64,000 bases of DNA, from contig OW569349.1 of assembly GCA_937625935.1 (NCBI GenBank), positions 124,001 through 188,000 of the forward strand, in the 5' to 3' direction. The notes under the pieces are model-generated. The model was not told where the DNA came from. It did not search any database and was given only the letters and a program-made list of their open reading frames with translations. Of this stretch, positions 1-13,937 are shown piece by piece (within the stretch, counting starts at the first letter, position 1; the number at the start of each line of letters is the position of its first letter). The position numbers and the translations under genes were made by a program. Origin of the DNA: Tetramitus jugosus. Taxonomy: Eukaryota > Protista > Heterolobosea.

Positions 1-827
1 TTAGTCCGAGAGGCCCAATTTTGATTCATTGATTATTCAATGAAGAGGTGCACTGTCGGACTTGCTTCAATTTATTTCACACAAAAAAATCAACGACAAA
101 AAAACAAACACAAGCACATGTAGGTTATGTGTTCATTTCGTTCATTGGAGGAAGAATGGCCCTCAGCTGAGAAACAACAACAAGAAAAGGAAATTTTTTT
201 TGACAAGACAATCAAGTGTCCACCACCACTCATGATACTTTACCAAGGAGATTCGACCAGAGAGATGATCAAGGAAGACAATTTGAGCTCTGCGGTCTCC
301 TACTGAGGAATGGTCCACACAAGCTGGATGTTTTTTATGTTTTAGTTCAGTGTTGGCATGTCATACCTTCTTGTATGATATGCGTGAATATCTTGTGATT
401 CCATTATTCTTGTTGATTCGCCCTTTGAAAAAAATCGCCAATAAAAGAAAAATCGATTATTTCTCGAGGAGACACTATTTCCTTTTTTCATTTTTTCGCT
501 TCGGGTTCATGGTCCCCTACTTCTTGAATCGGGTTTGTGAAAAATCCGCGAATATTGTAAAGTAGTTTCCCCGGGGGAATTTGGGTGGGCTCTGAACAAT
601 TTGGACGGACCAGACATTGGTTTAAAAGTCTGCACTTTTGTGCAACCATCTGTTTTTCAACTCTAGAAAGTCAAGAAAACAGGTGCAATCAGCTAACAAC
701 ACACACAAAAGGAACCCACTCTCGAGCTTCCATTCCAACAACACCAAGACCACTGTCTGACCTGCCTGAAACCCAACACCTGACCTCGGAAAGCCGGATC
801 TATAACACACAAAGAACACAAAAGACC

Positions 828-3800
828 ATGTCACAACAACAACAACAACAACAAGAATATCTAGCTGATGCACCATCGGGCAATGGAACAACAAGAACAA
901 CACAACAAAGAGAGGAAGTCAAGGGTCATTTAATTATGGAAGATGGTACCGTTCTGAAGGGTATTTCCTTTGGTGCTCAGGTGCCCATCTCTGGCGAGTG
1001 CGTTTTCACCACTGCTATGGTCGGCTACCCAGAAAGTTTAACAGGTATGATGATGAATGCAAACACTTTCACACCCACAATTGAACAACGCTAGCTGTGT
1101 TGGTGAGGATCAGCCTCTATCTTGCTGCCTTGTCCGAAGTGTGCGACGCTTCGAATATGGGCACGCGAGAATTTTAGTGTGTTATTCCGATAGGTAGAAT
1201 TCCCGCGCTAACCCACCCATTTTTTTTACACAATTTTCATTCAGATCCTTCGTACTGCGAGCAAATTCTCGTTCTCACATTCCCATTGGTCGGTAACTAT
1301 GGTGTGCCTCCTAACGATGTCGATGAATTTGGACTGTTGAAATATTTTGAATCGGACAAGATTCATATCGCTGGTCTCATTGTTCAAGACTACTCGCACG
1401 ATTATTCACACTGGCAAGCCGTCAAGTCACTGTCCCAATGGCTCAAGGAACACAACATACCAGCTCTCTACAATGTAGACACTCGGTTGATCACTAAAAA
1501 GTTGTGCGAGTCTCAATCCATGCTCGGAAAGATTGTGTTTCAATCCAGTGATGCACAAGGTCTGACTTTTTATGACCCTAATGAGACAAACTTGGTGTCC
1601 AAGGTGACATGCAAGGAAGTGAAGGTGTACGGCAGTGGAAACACTTACAAGGTGATTGCTGTTGACTGCGGCATGAAGAGCAACATTATTCGCATGTTGG
1701 TCCAGAGGGACATGGAAGTCAAGGTCGTTCCTTATGACTACAATTTTTTGAACGAAGAGTATGACGGTCTATTTATTAGCAATGGTCCTGGTGATCCAGC
1801 CATGTGCACTCAAACCATTGATTACTTGAGAGAGGCAATCAAGCATGATAAGCCAATCTTCGGTATTTGCTTGGGCAATCAATTGTTGGGATTGGCCACA
1901 GGAGCTTCCACATTCAAGCTGCCATACGGTAACAGAGGTCACAATCAGCCTTGCGTCTCTCAATTGAACGACAAGTGCTACATTACTTCACAGAACCACG
2001 GTTTTGCAATCGACAATGACACATTGCCATCCAATTGGAAACCACTATTCATTAATGCTAACGACGGAACCAATGAAGGTATCTATTGCTTAGACAAGCC
2101 ATTTTTCAGCACTCAGTTCCATCCAGAAGCAACTGGAGGTCCAGAAGACACCTTCTTCATGTTTGATCACTTCAAAGATTGCTTGGCAGCATTCAAGAAG
2201 GGTGAGCCATTGCTTTTCAAGGAGGATAAGCCACAAGTAGAGATAATTAATGCTAAGAAGGTGTTGATTATTGGCTCTGGAGGTCTCTCCATTGGTCAAG
2301 CCGGTGAGTTTGACTACTCTGGCTCTCAGTGTATCAAAGCTCTGAAAGAAGAAGGAATTTCTACAGTTCTCATTAATCCAAACATTGCTACAACGCAAAC
2401 TGCCAAGGGTCTCGCAGACAAGGTATATTTCTTGCCAGTTGACCTTGAGAATGTTGAGGAAGTGATCAAGATTGAGCAACCTGATGCTATTTATTTGACT
2501 TTTGGTGGACAAACTGGTTTGAACTGTGGTATCGATCTATGGAGATCAGGTATCTTGGAGAAGTACAATGTTAGAGTGCTCGGAACACAAGTGCAAACAA
2601 TTGTTGACACAGAAGACAGAGATATCTTCAAACAGAGAATGTTGAGCATCAATGAAAAGATTGCTCAAAGTTATGCTGCTATTAGCATTGAAGAAGCACT
2701 GCTCTATGCTAACAAGATTGGATATCCAGTCATTGTCCGGTCCGCTTTCGCATTGGGTGGTCTAGGTTCTGGATTTGCAGATAATGATGAAGAGTTGTTG
2801 GAGTTGGCTGAAACCGCCTTTTCCTCGTCTAGCCAAATTTTGATCGATGAGTCATTGAAGGGATGGAAGGAGATTGAGTATGAAGTTGTCAGAGATGCTT
2901 ATGATAATTGTATTACCGTTACGAACATGGAGAACTTTGACCCTTGTGGTATTCACACTGGTGAGAGTATTGTGATTGCTCCATCGCAAACCTTGACGAA
3001 CGAGGAGTATCATATGCTGAGAACAACAGCTATTAAGGTTATTAGACATTTGGGAATTGTTGGTGAGTGTAACATTCAATATGCTCTCCATCCTTTCTCC
3101 AAGGAGTACAGAATCATTGAGGTCAATGCTCGTCTCTCCAGAAGTTCTGCTCTCGCATCTAAGGCTACAGGATATCCACTGGCCTATATCGCTGCAAAGC
3201 TTGGTCTTGGAATCCCACTGCCAAGCATTAGAAATATTGTCACAAAGGTTACAACTGCTTGCTTTGAACCAAGTTTGGACTATTGTGTGATCAAGATGCC
3301 GCGATGGGATTTGAAGAAGTTTACTCGTGTATCAAAGAAGATTGGTAGCGCAATGAAGAGTGTTGGTGAGGTCATGGCTATTGGAAGAAACTTTGAGGAG
3401 ACTATCCAAAAGGCAATTCGTATGGTTGATACATCATACAGTGGATTTGATCCGTTGTTCGTTCAAGATGGAAAGAGCATCTTTACAAACCAACAGGAGC
3501 TAGAAGAGGAACTCATGAATCCAACAGACTATCGTATATTCGCAATTGCAGATGCCATGCTCAACTGGCATTACTCTGTTGACAAGATTAACCAACTGAC
3601 AAACATTGACAAGTGGTTCCTCTACAAGCTGAAGAACATCACTGACACAAAGATCACATTGCACAATCTCTCACTGAAGAACATTCCAAAGAAATTAATG
3701 CAAGAAGCAAAGAGATTTGGATTCAGTGATAAGCAAATCGCATCTTATGTTACCGATTCTGATCATGTGGGCGAGATGGATGTACGACGGGCAAGAAGTG

Positions 3801-5491
3801 AAATGAGAGTTAAGCCATTTGTCAAACAAATTGATACTCTTGCTGCAGAGTTCCCTTGCTACACTAATTATCTGTACACGACATACTGTGCCATGGAACA
3901 TGATATTTATTTTGACGATCACGGTATTATCGTGCTCGGATCTGGTGTATATAGAATTGGTAGCTCAGTTGAATTCGACTTCTGCTCTGTCATGTGTGTT
4001 CGCGCACTGAAGAAGATTGGATGCAAGACTATCATGATCAACTACAATCCTGAGACGGTTTCGACTGATTTTGATGAGTCAGACAGACTCTACTTTGAAG
4101 AATTGTCTCTTGAGCGAACGCTTGACATCTACGAAGTAGAATCTTCCCAAGGTGTCATTGTGTCTGTTGGTGGTCAACAACCCAACAACATTGCAATGGC
4201 TCTATACAAGGCAGGTGTGAGAGTGTTAGGTACCAATCCAGAAGATATTGATCGTGCTGAGAATAGAGATACATTCTCTAGCTTGTTGGATAACTTGTCG
4301 ATTGATCAACCTCAATGGAACGCTCTGAGCACTGTGTATGACGCACAGGTATTCTCGCAGAGTGTTGGCTATCCAGTTTTGATCCGTCCATCTTATGTGT
4401 TGAGTGGTGCCGCTATGAACATTGCCAACAATCAACAGGAATTAAATGTGTATCTAAAGGAGGCTAGCTCAGTCTCACCTGACTATCCTGTTGTGATCTC
4501 TAAGTTTGTCGAGGGAGCAAAGGAGGTCGAAGTAGACGGTGTTGCATTCAATGGAGAAATTGCGGTTTTTGCGATTGCAGAGCACGTGGAAAATGCTGGC
4601 ACTCATTCTGGTGATGCCACGTTAGTGCTTCCACCACACACATTGGACAGTTACACCTATGACACAGTCTTGGAAAACTCTAGAAAGATTGCAAGAGCCT
4701 TGAATATCTCAGGTCCTTTCAATATCCAATACTTGGCCAGAGGAAAGACTATCCAAGTGATCGAGTGCAATTTGAGAGCTTCCAGAAGCTTCCCATTCTG
4801 CAGCAAGGTTCTTGATGTTGACTTTGTCAGCATTGCTACCAAATCGATGGTAGGTGTTTTGACCGAAGCTGACATTCCAAAGTATGATCAGAGATCCATC
4901 AAGGATATTGTCGGTGTTAAATCTCCAATGTTCTCCTTCAAGAGACTGCAAGATGCTGATCCAACTCTAGGTGTTGAAATGGCTTCGACTGGTGAAGTGG
5001 CATGCTTTGGATCCACAGTGCATGAAGCATTCCTCAAATCATTCATCTCTGCAGGATTTACCATGCCAAAGAACAAGACAGCTCTTATTTCAACCTTGCC
5101 AGTGTATGATCCTATCACTATTGGACACATGGATGCATTCATCAACTCCCTACGTAAGATTCAGAAGGAGAATGGATATCAGTTGCATGCAACTCCAGCA
5201 GTTGCCGAAGAGTTGACCACCAAGTTCAACATCTCAGACATTCGTGTGGTCGAGTCGACTGAATATGTTGCCAAAGACGGGAGCAAGCTCGCTGCTTTAT
5301 CCAAGCTCTCTCAATCAGAGGAGACTGAAACACTGAAAATGTTGGGAGCTGGTTCCTTTGGCATTGCCCTTAACGTTCCATTCCACGGTGAAACTCAAAC
5401 TAATTATTTGATCAGAAGAAAGGCGGTCAACTTTGGAATACCTTTGTTCAATAACTACGAACTGTTTAACATGTTTGTTTCGAGCATCTAA
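828..5491 (+). CDS. Glutamine-dependent carbamoyl-phosphate synthetase, small and large subunits fused (no DHOase/ATCase domains); 2 exons 828-1044, 1245-5491
   Basis: Exon 1 has [17 protein letters not shown]. Intron GTATGA(1045)..CTAAC..CAG(1244) gives an in-frame join to [14 protein letters not shown]. GATase motif GICLGNQ with catalytic Cys and FHPE; [17 protein letters not shown]; two ATP-grasp halves; MGS-like C-terminus. Confidence 0.95.
1099..1212 (+). promoter_or_regulatory. Putative structured RNA element in the CPS intron (4-way junction whose closing helix pairs the branch point)
   Basis: By-eye pairing: GTTGG1099-1103/CTAAC1208-1212; GAGG1105-1108/CCTC1114-1117; TGCCT..CGAAGTGT(1126-1142)/ACGCTTCG..GGGCA(1146-1163); CGCGAGAATTTTA1164-1176/TAGAATTCCCGCG1195-1207. 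Confidence 0.45.
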
Positions 5492-5540
5492 GGAATAAAA
5501 TCGAATATTATTTGGATACTTATGGTTGTTCACTTGCACT

Positions 5541-8500
5541 TTATTCATCTTGGTCATTCGTTGGACTGGATACAGTCGAATCAGCGTTACCACTGAGGCG
5601 TCTGAATGAACGATTGTTTTCTGAATCGGCAGATCCCATGAAACTGTTCCGCAAATGACTTGCTAGACCAGAGATTGATTGTCTAGTGATGCTCATCCTT
5701 CCACGAGAACCACGGTCAGGTGTTGGGGCGTTGGTGGGTGATAAAGTGTTGTTGTTCACGTTTTCGTTCGAAGGTGAACTGGGTGTGTTGCCCACATTAT
5801 TGGCATTGATACCCAGTTTGTTCAAGAAGTTCTTCATATTAGCGCTCTTACGATCCTTTTCCTTCATATCAGGACTGTCGTCAAAGAGCTTCTCAACCGA
5901 TACAGACTTTCTCAGCTCAGCAATGTTGGACTGTGTGGGGTTTCGATTCGATCCTAACGATAATCGACTCATCTGTTTCATTTGTCGAGCATCATCTGGT
6001 TGTGTCTGCATGATATACTCCTTCTTGCTGTTCAGCTCAGCCAACACAGCTTTCAGATCATACTTCCAGTCATCCTTCAACTGTTCTGAATCAAAGATCA
6101 TTTCGAATTCACCAAAATCACGACCGTTATCATCAGCAAAGGTCACACACAGTGTCTGAGGTGTCTCTTGCGAAATATTTACATCCAACAGGGAATATGG
6201 GTGGACAGGCGAGCTCCTTGATGTCATTCCGAGCGGATTCTTCTTCATTTCTCGCACGAGCAGCAAATCGTTAAACAAGTAGGCTCGTTGCTTGTGCTTC
6301 GAGTTCTTCAAGAACAAATCGCCTTCTCTCACAAGTCTCCGGGATGGTTTGATCAGATCTGGTAGATTGAACAGCTTGCTCAACTGATGGACTTTCATCT
6401 TATTGTTTGTCTCTCTGATCTTTGCGTTTTGGTATTCGGCGCACTCCTTGACCAACTGCACAGCATCTACCAAGTCATCATAATCTACGTGATCATACGG
6501 CGTGTTCTCTAGCAAGTTTTGCAACAGAATCTGATATCTGGGAGTTCTCTGGCATGGCATAATCAGGAGAGAAGCGATATCCAATCCCTCACTCCAAGAC
6601 ATCTTCTTTCTATTCTTCAACCAGCTTTCAAACTGCTTTGAATTGGCTTTCTGCATTCTGATTACACTCATACTTCGTTCATAGGCAGCCAAATAAGACA
6701 CATACACCTTAAAGAACGGAGCAGTCTTCTTAAAAATATCACCAATCTTTAGATTAAACATGGCTTGTGTTTCATGCGAATCCTCATTCCGATCACCCAC
6801 AGCCACTTGACTCTTGTCCTCCTTCTTTGGACAAGAGAATGCAAATCTCTGCTCTAACTTGTCCAGAAAATCTCTGTTGAAACGAATAATCGTTGTCAGG
6901 TTCTCTGGGAACATGTGCTTGATGACGTTGTCTGGTGCAATGGCTTTCTTTTGGAATACCAAACCATGCTCCAAGTTGTCCTTGTGGTCATCGGCCACCA
7001 ACTTCTCCTTGTTATGCACAAGTGGCTGATAGTATCCGTCATAGAGCAAGTTCAGATATTTGACATACTTGCGCTCTGACTCGAGAATCTCCAATAACAG
7101 ACCGATTCTCTCCTTCAAGAGCATGCTCGGATTCTTCATATTCTTCTTGTACCTAGGATCGTGAATAGATTGAAATTGTTTGTACATGGATACACGTAGT
7201 TGATAAGAGAAGTCACTTGTCTGTGGCCGACTAACATTTTGTCTGGCATCAGATCTGGATCTGTGACGTGCAGAGAGTGGAGATAATGGATTCTTGATGG
7301 AACCAGATTTCCGTTTCTGAACTGGTTGGACCTTGAGAATATTGAGCTTATCTGGCGTAGAGGGTGAGAATTTAGTTTGGATAGGACTGGGACTCTTTGC
7401 ACTTGGTGTTGTTTCTGAGTTTGATTGTGGAGATGGAAGTCTCTCCAGAGCGATCGATGGAATGGTAATCTTGGGCTTCTGTATTGCTATTGCGCCTGTC
7501 GAATTAGAGATTGACGGCTCTGGCTTTGGTTCTAAAGATTCAGTTCCTTCATCTTCGTCTGAATCGAAAGAAGTATCATAGTCTGCATCAGATTTTGCGC
7601 TCGAGATATGAAGTCCTTCAATAACATCCCATTCTTCTGCCGATTCGGCTCTAGGTGATTCCATTGGTATCTTGGTAGCATCACTCGAACGCGCAGACGT
7701 GCTCAACAATGAATGATCTCTAGGCGATCGCGTCACAATAGGCCCTGAAACAATAATGAGTGGATCTCTATCTTTAGCCATAGAGTAACGTGGTGAATGA
7801 CGAGGGATTCTGGGAGAACTAGATACCACTTTTATCGTATCCACTTCATTGATTATATCATCGCGATCAATCACATCCATTCCGTACTCATCGTCTGGGA
7901 CTTTCAGAGTCACGCCACTTTCATAGTCAATGACCACGTCTACATCGGAATGGATGTCATGATGGCGATGATGATTCTCTTGGTCATCATCTTCGTCATC
8001 ACTCTGCTGCACAATTTGCTCTAATAGTTTTGCAGTATCAATCTTCTCTCGCACTCTATCCACTTCAGGCATATCATAAAACGAGAGAGAATTCGTTGAG
8101 TGTCGACTCAAAACATCCTTTGTGTGTTCTTGGTCATCATTCACATCGGATACCATGACTCCAATCGCTTCTACGTCGGCTTCGTCCACAGCACACGGAT
8201 AGGCTTCGAAATTTTCTTCGCCATTATCCTCCTCCTCCCATGTGGCATCCTGTGATGAAATCAACTGGTCCACAACCATCAATATATCATCATTGTCCAC
8301 ATCGATAATGTCATCTTCGTCATCATCTGCATCCTCATCACCTGTGCTTCCACTTCCACCCAAATCCCTTGTGTCCTGGTGATGATGGTGATGCATGTAA
8401 GGATCATCAATAATTGCATCCGTGTAATCTGAGCTACCATACTTGTCTCTATAGTTTTGAATCGACGTTGAAGTGTATCCCAAATGTTCCGCATGATTGC

Positions 8501-9821
8501 CCACCAAATGATTCATCACTTCATTCCGTTCTCTCTTTGACCGGAGCATCGGCTCAAAAATCTTGCTCACAATTGAAATTTCCGACTGGAGGAAACTATT
8601 GTCATCAATGCACAGGGTTTTCAACTTTTTTAACTTTTGGAATTCAAGAGGCAGCGTCATCAATGAATTACCACTAATGTCAAGATTACGCAACGAATTT
8701 TTCATCTTGTCAATGTCCGCTGAGAAATTCATCATCATCATAATAATAAAGTAAGTATATCATAATAATCAAACACATACAACAATAACAAAAAACAACA
8801 AATCCAATCCAACAAAAATAACAACAGAAAAAAACATACCTGGAATATTCAACAAGCAATTATCACTAATATCTACAGTTTCGAGCCATCTCATCGTTAA
8901 CAAGCTCCTAGGAAAATATTCAAACTTGTTCATGCTGAGATCAATCTCTTGCAACTCTCTCAACAAGAAAAAGTTGTCAGGCAGCTCAAACAAGCAATTG
9001 CCTCTGAGTCGTAACACCTTTAGATGAGGAAACGCTGAACAGAACCACGATGGAAGACAACTCAGTTCATTCCAACTCAAATCAATCTCTTCAATCACAT
9101 GATGTTGTTGTTGATGATGATGAGTCTGTTTTTGTGGAGATGTAAAATTTTCATTTTCGCCGCCGCCGCCGCCGTTATTAAAGCTCTTGTTTAGCTCTAG
9201 CATCTCATAGGGCAAATTCTGAATGTGCAAGTGACTCAACTGAATAGAGTGACTCTTGGATTGAACACACTCACGAATCAATCGTTTAAATATACCTTTT
9301 GAGTTGGAGAGTGCTGGTGATGATGATGATGAAGGTGATGCAGGAGAGGATGCACTGGACGAAGGTGATGACAATGGTGTGCCATACAAGTAATGTGGAC
9401 CATTTCCACTACTTCCACTTGCACTACCATTTCCACCAATAAAATTACTACTACTATTTCGATTCTTATTATTATTATTGTTACTGTTGTTGCTGCTGCT
9501 ATTGTAAAAATTGATTTTAGAAAAGGGAGAAGTCGGTGATCTTGGTGAATTGTTGTTATTAGAGAATCGCTTCTTACTGGTGGGTGACGAAGAAGGTGAT
9601 GATCGTTTCAGTAACAATGTCGGTGGAGTTGTTAATCTTTTGATGGTAGAACCTCCTCCATTATTATTCTCGTTGTTGCTGTTGGTGGGTTGTTGTTGTT
9701 GTTGTTGTGGAGATGAGGAGCTCATCGGAAGAGAAGAATTGGGTGAGACGGATCCATCTGATGATGAATGATTGTTGTTGCTCACCAAGTGATTCACTTT
9801 TTGTTGCAAATTTTTGAGCAT
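5541..9821 (-). CDS. LRR + RhoGEF (DH-PH) protein; 2 exons, intron 8720-8839
   Basis: LRR repeats (LKVLRLRGNCLFELP) join in frame across GTATGT..CAG (IP-ADIDK). DH motifs EILESERKYVKYL and LLIMPCQRTPRYQILL; PH motif YLFNDLLLV. Confidence 0.9.
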
Positions 9822-10122
9822 TAAATTGTTGTGATGGAGATGGAGCGTGTGGTGATTGGTTTTGTCTTTCGTTGATTTTGGGTGGTGGTGAACCTCTCTT
9901 TGATGTGTGTTTGTGCGAGGTGTTCTTTTTTGTTCGTTGTTGTGTTTTGTTCTTCTGGGAATATGACTTGTTGATGGATGACAGCGACATGTGACAGCGG
10001 AAACTTCTGTTCAAAAACGAAAAGTCGGATAACTGTGGAAGAAAAAAATCTAGTTCAGGACATGTCGCTTCAAAAACAGATTCACGAACAGAGAGGTGAA
10101 ATAAATATCATTGTTTTTGAGT

Positions 10123-13100
10123 TTATTTTTTCTTTGGTGCAGGCTTCTTTTGTTCGACTACAGCTTTTCTCTTGTCCATCATGGACCTGAGTCTTTGATT
10201 GTAAACCCAGGCCTTCACTAGATCTTCATAGTCCAAGTATCCCTTCTTATCTCTGTCAAGCTCGTCAATCACTTCTTCGACTTCGTTGTCTGGCATATCG
10301 TCAAGCTTTGATCTGCTCATCACCTGTTTTACATTATCGAAGCTCAAACTGGCTCTACCGTCTTGTTGAGCGTTAAACTTCTTGAACAGACGCTTCATGT
10401 CCTGACAAGGAGTATCAATACGGTAAATATTCTTCCACTTATCGTCATCTGAGCTGTCAGCTTGGATAGGGCTCTGATTTGCTGCAAAGAATCTATCCAC
10501 AGCAGGTGACATGGACTTCCTGAAGAACAATTCCTTCTCCACTTCGATATTGAACTTGAATCGCTTCACAGCATCTAGGAGAGCATCTCTGATCAAGTCT
10601 GCCTTTTCTCCACAGTCCAACAAGTAGCACTTCTTTCTTCCCTTGCTCCAGAAGTTGATATACAGGATATTCTTGCTCTCTGGATCAACATAGAAGCTTT
10701 GAAGTGTGCTGTATGGAATTTCTCTCTTGATAATCTTTTCACTAAAGTTCAAGACGGAATCAGTAGTCAACTTGAGCAGTCTCTTTTGCAACTTGCCCTT
10801 CTTGTTCTCCTTTTGTACCATGAATGTTTGCAACAGATTCAAACTGCTGCTACGGATACCTGCATCATAAATAGCCTCAACAATCACATCTCTCTGTTGT
10901 TCAGTGTAACAGCTGTACTTTCTTGTTTGAACACCAATGGCAGCGTTCGTCTTTAGGAAGTAACCAGCACCACGGTTCATGATTTCTTGTTCCGTTTCTG
11001 GCAAGAATTTGACCAAAATTTCGTTAGCTCCCTTCTTGGCTCTAATTTCCTGAATTCTTTGAAGCATAATCTCATTCTGGACAGTACCAGCCTTTGGATC
11101 AATATTCAACAGAGATTCATTTGTAATCTTCATCAATCTCTCTTGCTTCTTATCATTGTTGTTAATCTTGATCATGTTGTACGTGATTGGGACAAACTTC
11201 TTGCTGACGAACGGAATCCAAATCTTTGGTGGTTCAATGAAATCAGCCAAATCAGTCCAGTCATGAGCCGTCTTCAATAGCTTATTCTTTGTCTCAGCAC
11301 TCATAATGTTCAAAATGTCCTGAGCAGCATTCATGGTCTTAAAAGTAGGATGCAAAATGACAATATTGGCACAGTTGGCCAAATGTTGAGGTGTCATCAA
11401 TCGAGTAAAACTGACAACAGCACGATAGAACAATGCTTGTAGTTCATCGTTCAAATCAGCCCAACTGAGATCCACGACGAACACATATGGATTGTTCAAA
11501 TCCTTGCCAATCGTCTTGAAAATGTGAATCATCAATCGATCATTCTGCTCCAAAAAGTCTTGCTTCACTCTGTGCATCACCAAGTAAATGGTTGGTACGT
11601 TGGTTCTGGTTGGCTTACCAATGTACAAGAATCGAGATGCATCGAGCTCTGTCAAATCGAACATGTCAATCTTCTTCATCAAATTGTCCAATGATCTCTC
11701 CAAGATGGTTGCTTCAATCTCCTGGAACGTCTTACCCTTCAAATTTTCTCTCTTCTTGATTTTGCTTGCTTCTCCAGTGGTTGGTGAAGATGGCTCAGTG
11801 GTCTTTCCCTTGAGAGCAGTGCCCTTCTTTGGAGTGGCCTTCTTGGATGAAGGAGACTCGGCAACAGCGGCCACAGGTGCCTTTCCTGATGCATCAGGTG
11901 GTGGACCCAAATCTTGAATCAATGCCAAGAAATCAGTCTCGGTGGAAATGATACTGACAGGACGCTTGTCATGAGTCATAATGACTTCGTTCTGCAAACT
12001 GACAATCATCTCATAACCGTACTCGTAAATCATTTGATGAATAAACAACAAGTCCTTCATGTCAAATGTCTTGTAATGAATATCTTCAAAGGTGATTGAT
12101 TTTTGGAGGTCATGGAATGGAAGCCTTCCCTCATACTGTTCCGTATCTTGTGGCAACTGCTTCAAATAAGCAGAGAGCTTAATTTGATTCTGTTCAATAA
12201 ACTTGTTCAGTGGCATGAGATGCGGAGAATCAGTCTCGTACATTTCACCGTTGGCCAACTTTTGCAAAACCTTGGCAATCAAGGTCAAATTCTTTCTCAC
12301 GTTTCCATCGGGCATCTTTGCACAAATGTCCCAACCGTTTGGCAGTGTGATACATGGACAAATGTAACGAAGCATAATGAAACCACTGAGCAATGGAAGA
12401 ATAATGGAGTCAAAATCAAGCTTATAAATCTCACCATTGTCAATCATAAAGTAACAAATGGCTCTCAGTTCACGAGGCATCATATCAATCATGGTCGAAT
12501 TGACGATACGATCGACAAACGACTGACAAATTTTTTCAATCATTTTCAAATTTTCCTCCACTCTTTCATCTAGGTTCTCACCAGTAATACGACTATTATT
12601 TTTCGTTCATTTCAAGTGTTAGCTTTTTTTGGTTCAAGAGCTTTCACAAGGTGTGTGTGTTTTTTCAACAACAGAGCAACAACACAAACAACAGCACAAC
12701 ATCAGCTGTATCAACAAACAACAACAATAATAAAAAACACACAGTCTTCATACCTCTTGTCCAATTCTAGGTCCATATTTGGCTTATCATACAAATCTCT
12801 AATCAAATCACCAATCAGTGTGTTCAAATATTTGGAACCAACCGTCTTGGTATACTTTCCCATCATTTTACTCACAATAGAGTTCACTCTGAGAATGGTG
12901 AATGGATGAGATTGCTTTCTATCGAACTCTAGTCCAATCAATGCCTTTATAATACTTAAACTGGCCTTAATTTCATAACTGAGACCACACAGTGCATCTG
13001 CTAGCTTATCATGTTGAGATGGCGCAGTTACATCAGCCAATGCCTTTGCATATCTACACCATGTACACATGTTTTGTTTCCATATTCATTCCGTCATTCA

Positions 13101-13301
13101 AGGTGTTTGTTTTTATGATATCATCATGTGAAAGAAAATGAAAATTTTGTGTTGTGCTTTTAGTATTTTTTTTGTGTGTGCACACAACAATTATTAATTG
13201 TTTTCATACCTTGGATCTGATGTCAAAATTTGCACCAATAATTTGTACTTTTTACCAATTTCACCACTTAGTTGACCTGTCTCAGCACCCTTCTTTGACA
13301 T
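10123..13301 (-). CDS. RasGAP + Sec14/CRAL-TRIO-like + PH-like + EF-hand protein (neurofibromin-like module); 3 exons 13301-13210, 13053-12754, 12592-10123
   Basis: GTATG..TAG introns give in-frame joins. RasGAP motifs TILRVNS, FIMLRYICPCI, NLTLIAKVLQKLAN; CRAL-TRIO-like FVVDLS..NIVILHP; EF-hand DRDKKGYLDYEDL. Confidence 0.85.
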
Positions 13302-13937
13302 GTTGTTATTATTGTTATTGTTATTGTTGTTGTTGTAATGTTACACAAGTTTGTTGCTCCAACTCTCTCTAATTCTTCTCAAAGAACAAACAGTATACTT
13401 TTCGTTGTTGTTGTTGTTGTGTTGCGCAAACAGGCAAAAAATGTTTCTCTCTCTACGAACGTGTGTGTACGAGTGTGAGTGAACGAGACAATGGATCCTA
13501 TTTAGAGAGTGTGAGATGCCCCGTTTGTTTTTTTTTCGTGCGTTTGTGTTTGTTTGTGTGGATGAGGTTGGTGGTGGGTGCTGTTGATGATGACTGTCAA
13601 TTTGGTGGTATCATCATTGAACGGCAAGAAGAGAAAGGTGAAATTTCCCCCAAGCAAGGACGATAATTCTACTGTCAAAAAACAGAGATAATGTGACAAG
13701 TGACGTGCGACTTGTCATTTGTGTAACTCCGATGAAGGGGTTTCGTAAATGATAATAACACGAAAAAAAGCGGTCGTAGCTGTGTCTGAGCCAGTTTCTT
13801 CCTTTGGTTGATTGGAAGATGCATGCTTCAACCAAATTGTTTTTGGGCAAATTGGGCCCGCTTGTTGCTGCCCGCCTTCCAAGACGTTCCAGAACAGAAT
13901 CGATATCACAAGTAACACGAACACAAAAAAACAGCAA

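Noticed and set aside
130-404. Possible small spliced gene on the minus strand (GTATGA donor at 366)
   Set aside because: I could not build a convincing in-frame model; the ATG-404 splice ends after about 31 codons.
585-875. Arginine-attenuator-peptide-like uORF or N-terminal extension upstream of CPS (CAAGACCACTGTCTGACCTG; QEYLAD in the N-terminus)
   Set aside because: There is no upstream ATG, the QD..SD resemblance needs a frameshift, and the Trp conserved in fungal AAPs is absent.
5492-5540. Read-through of CPS into DHOase/ATCase (CAD)
   Set aside because: The stop is followed by AATAAA and the convergent RhoGEF gene 49 bp later.
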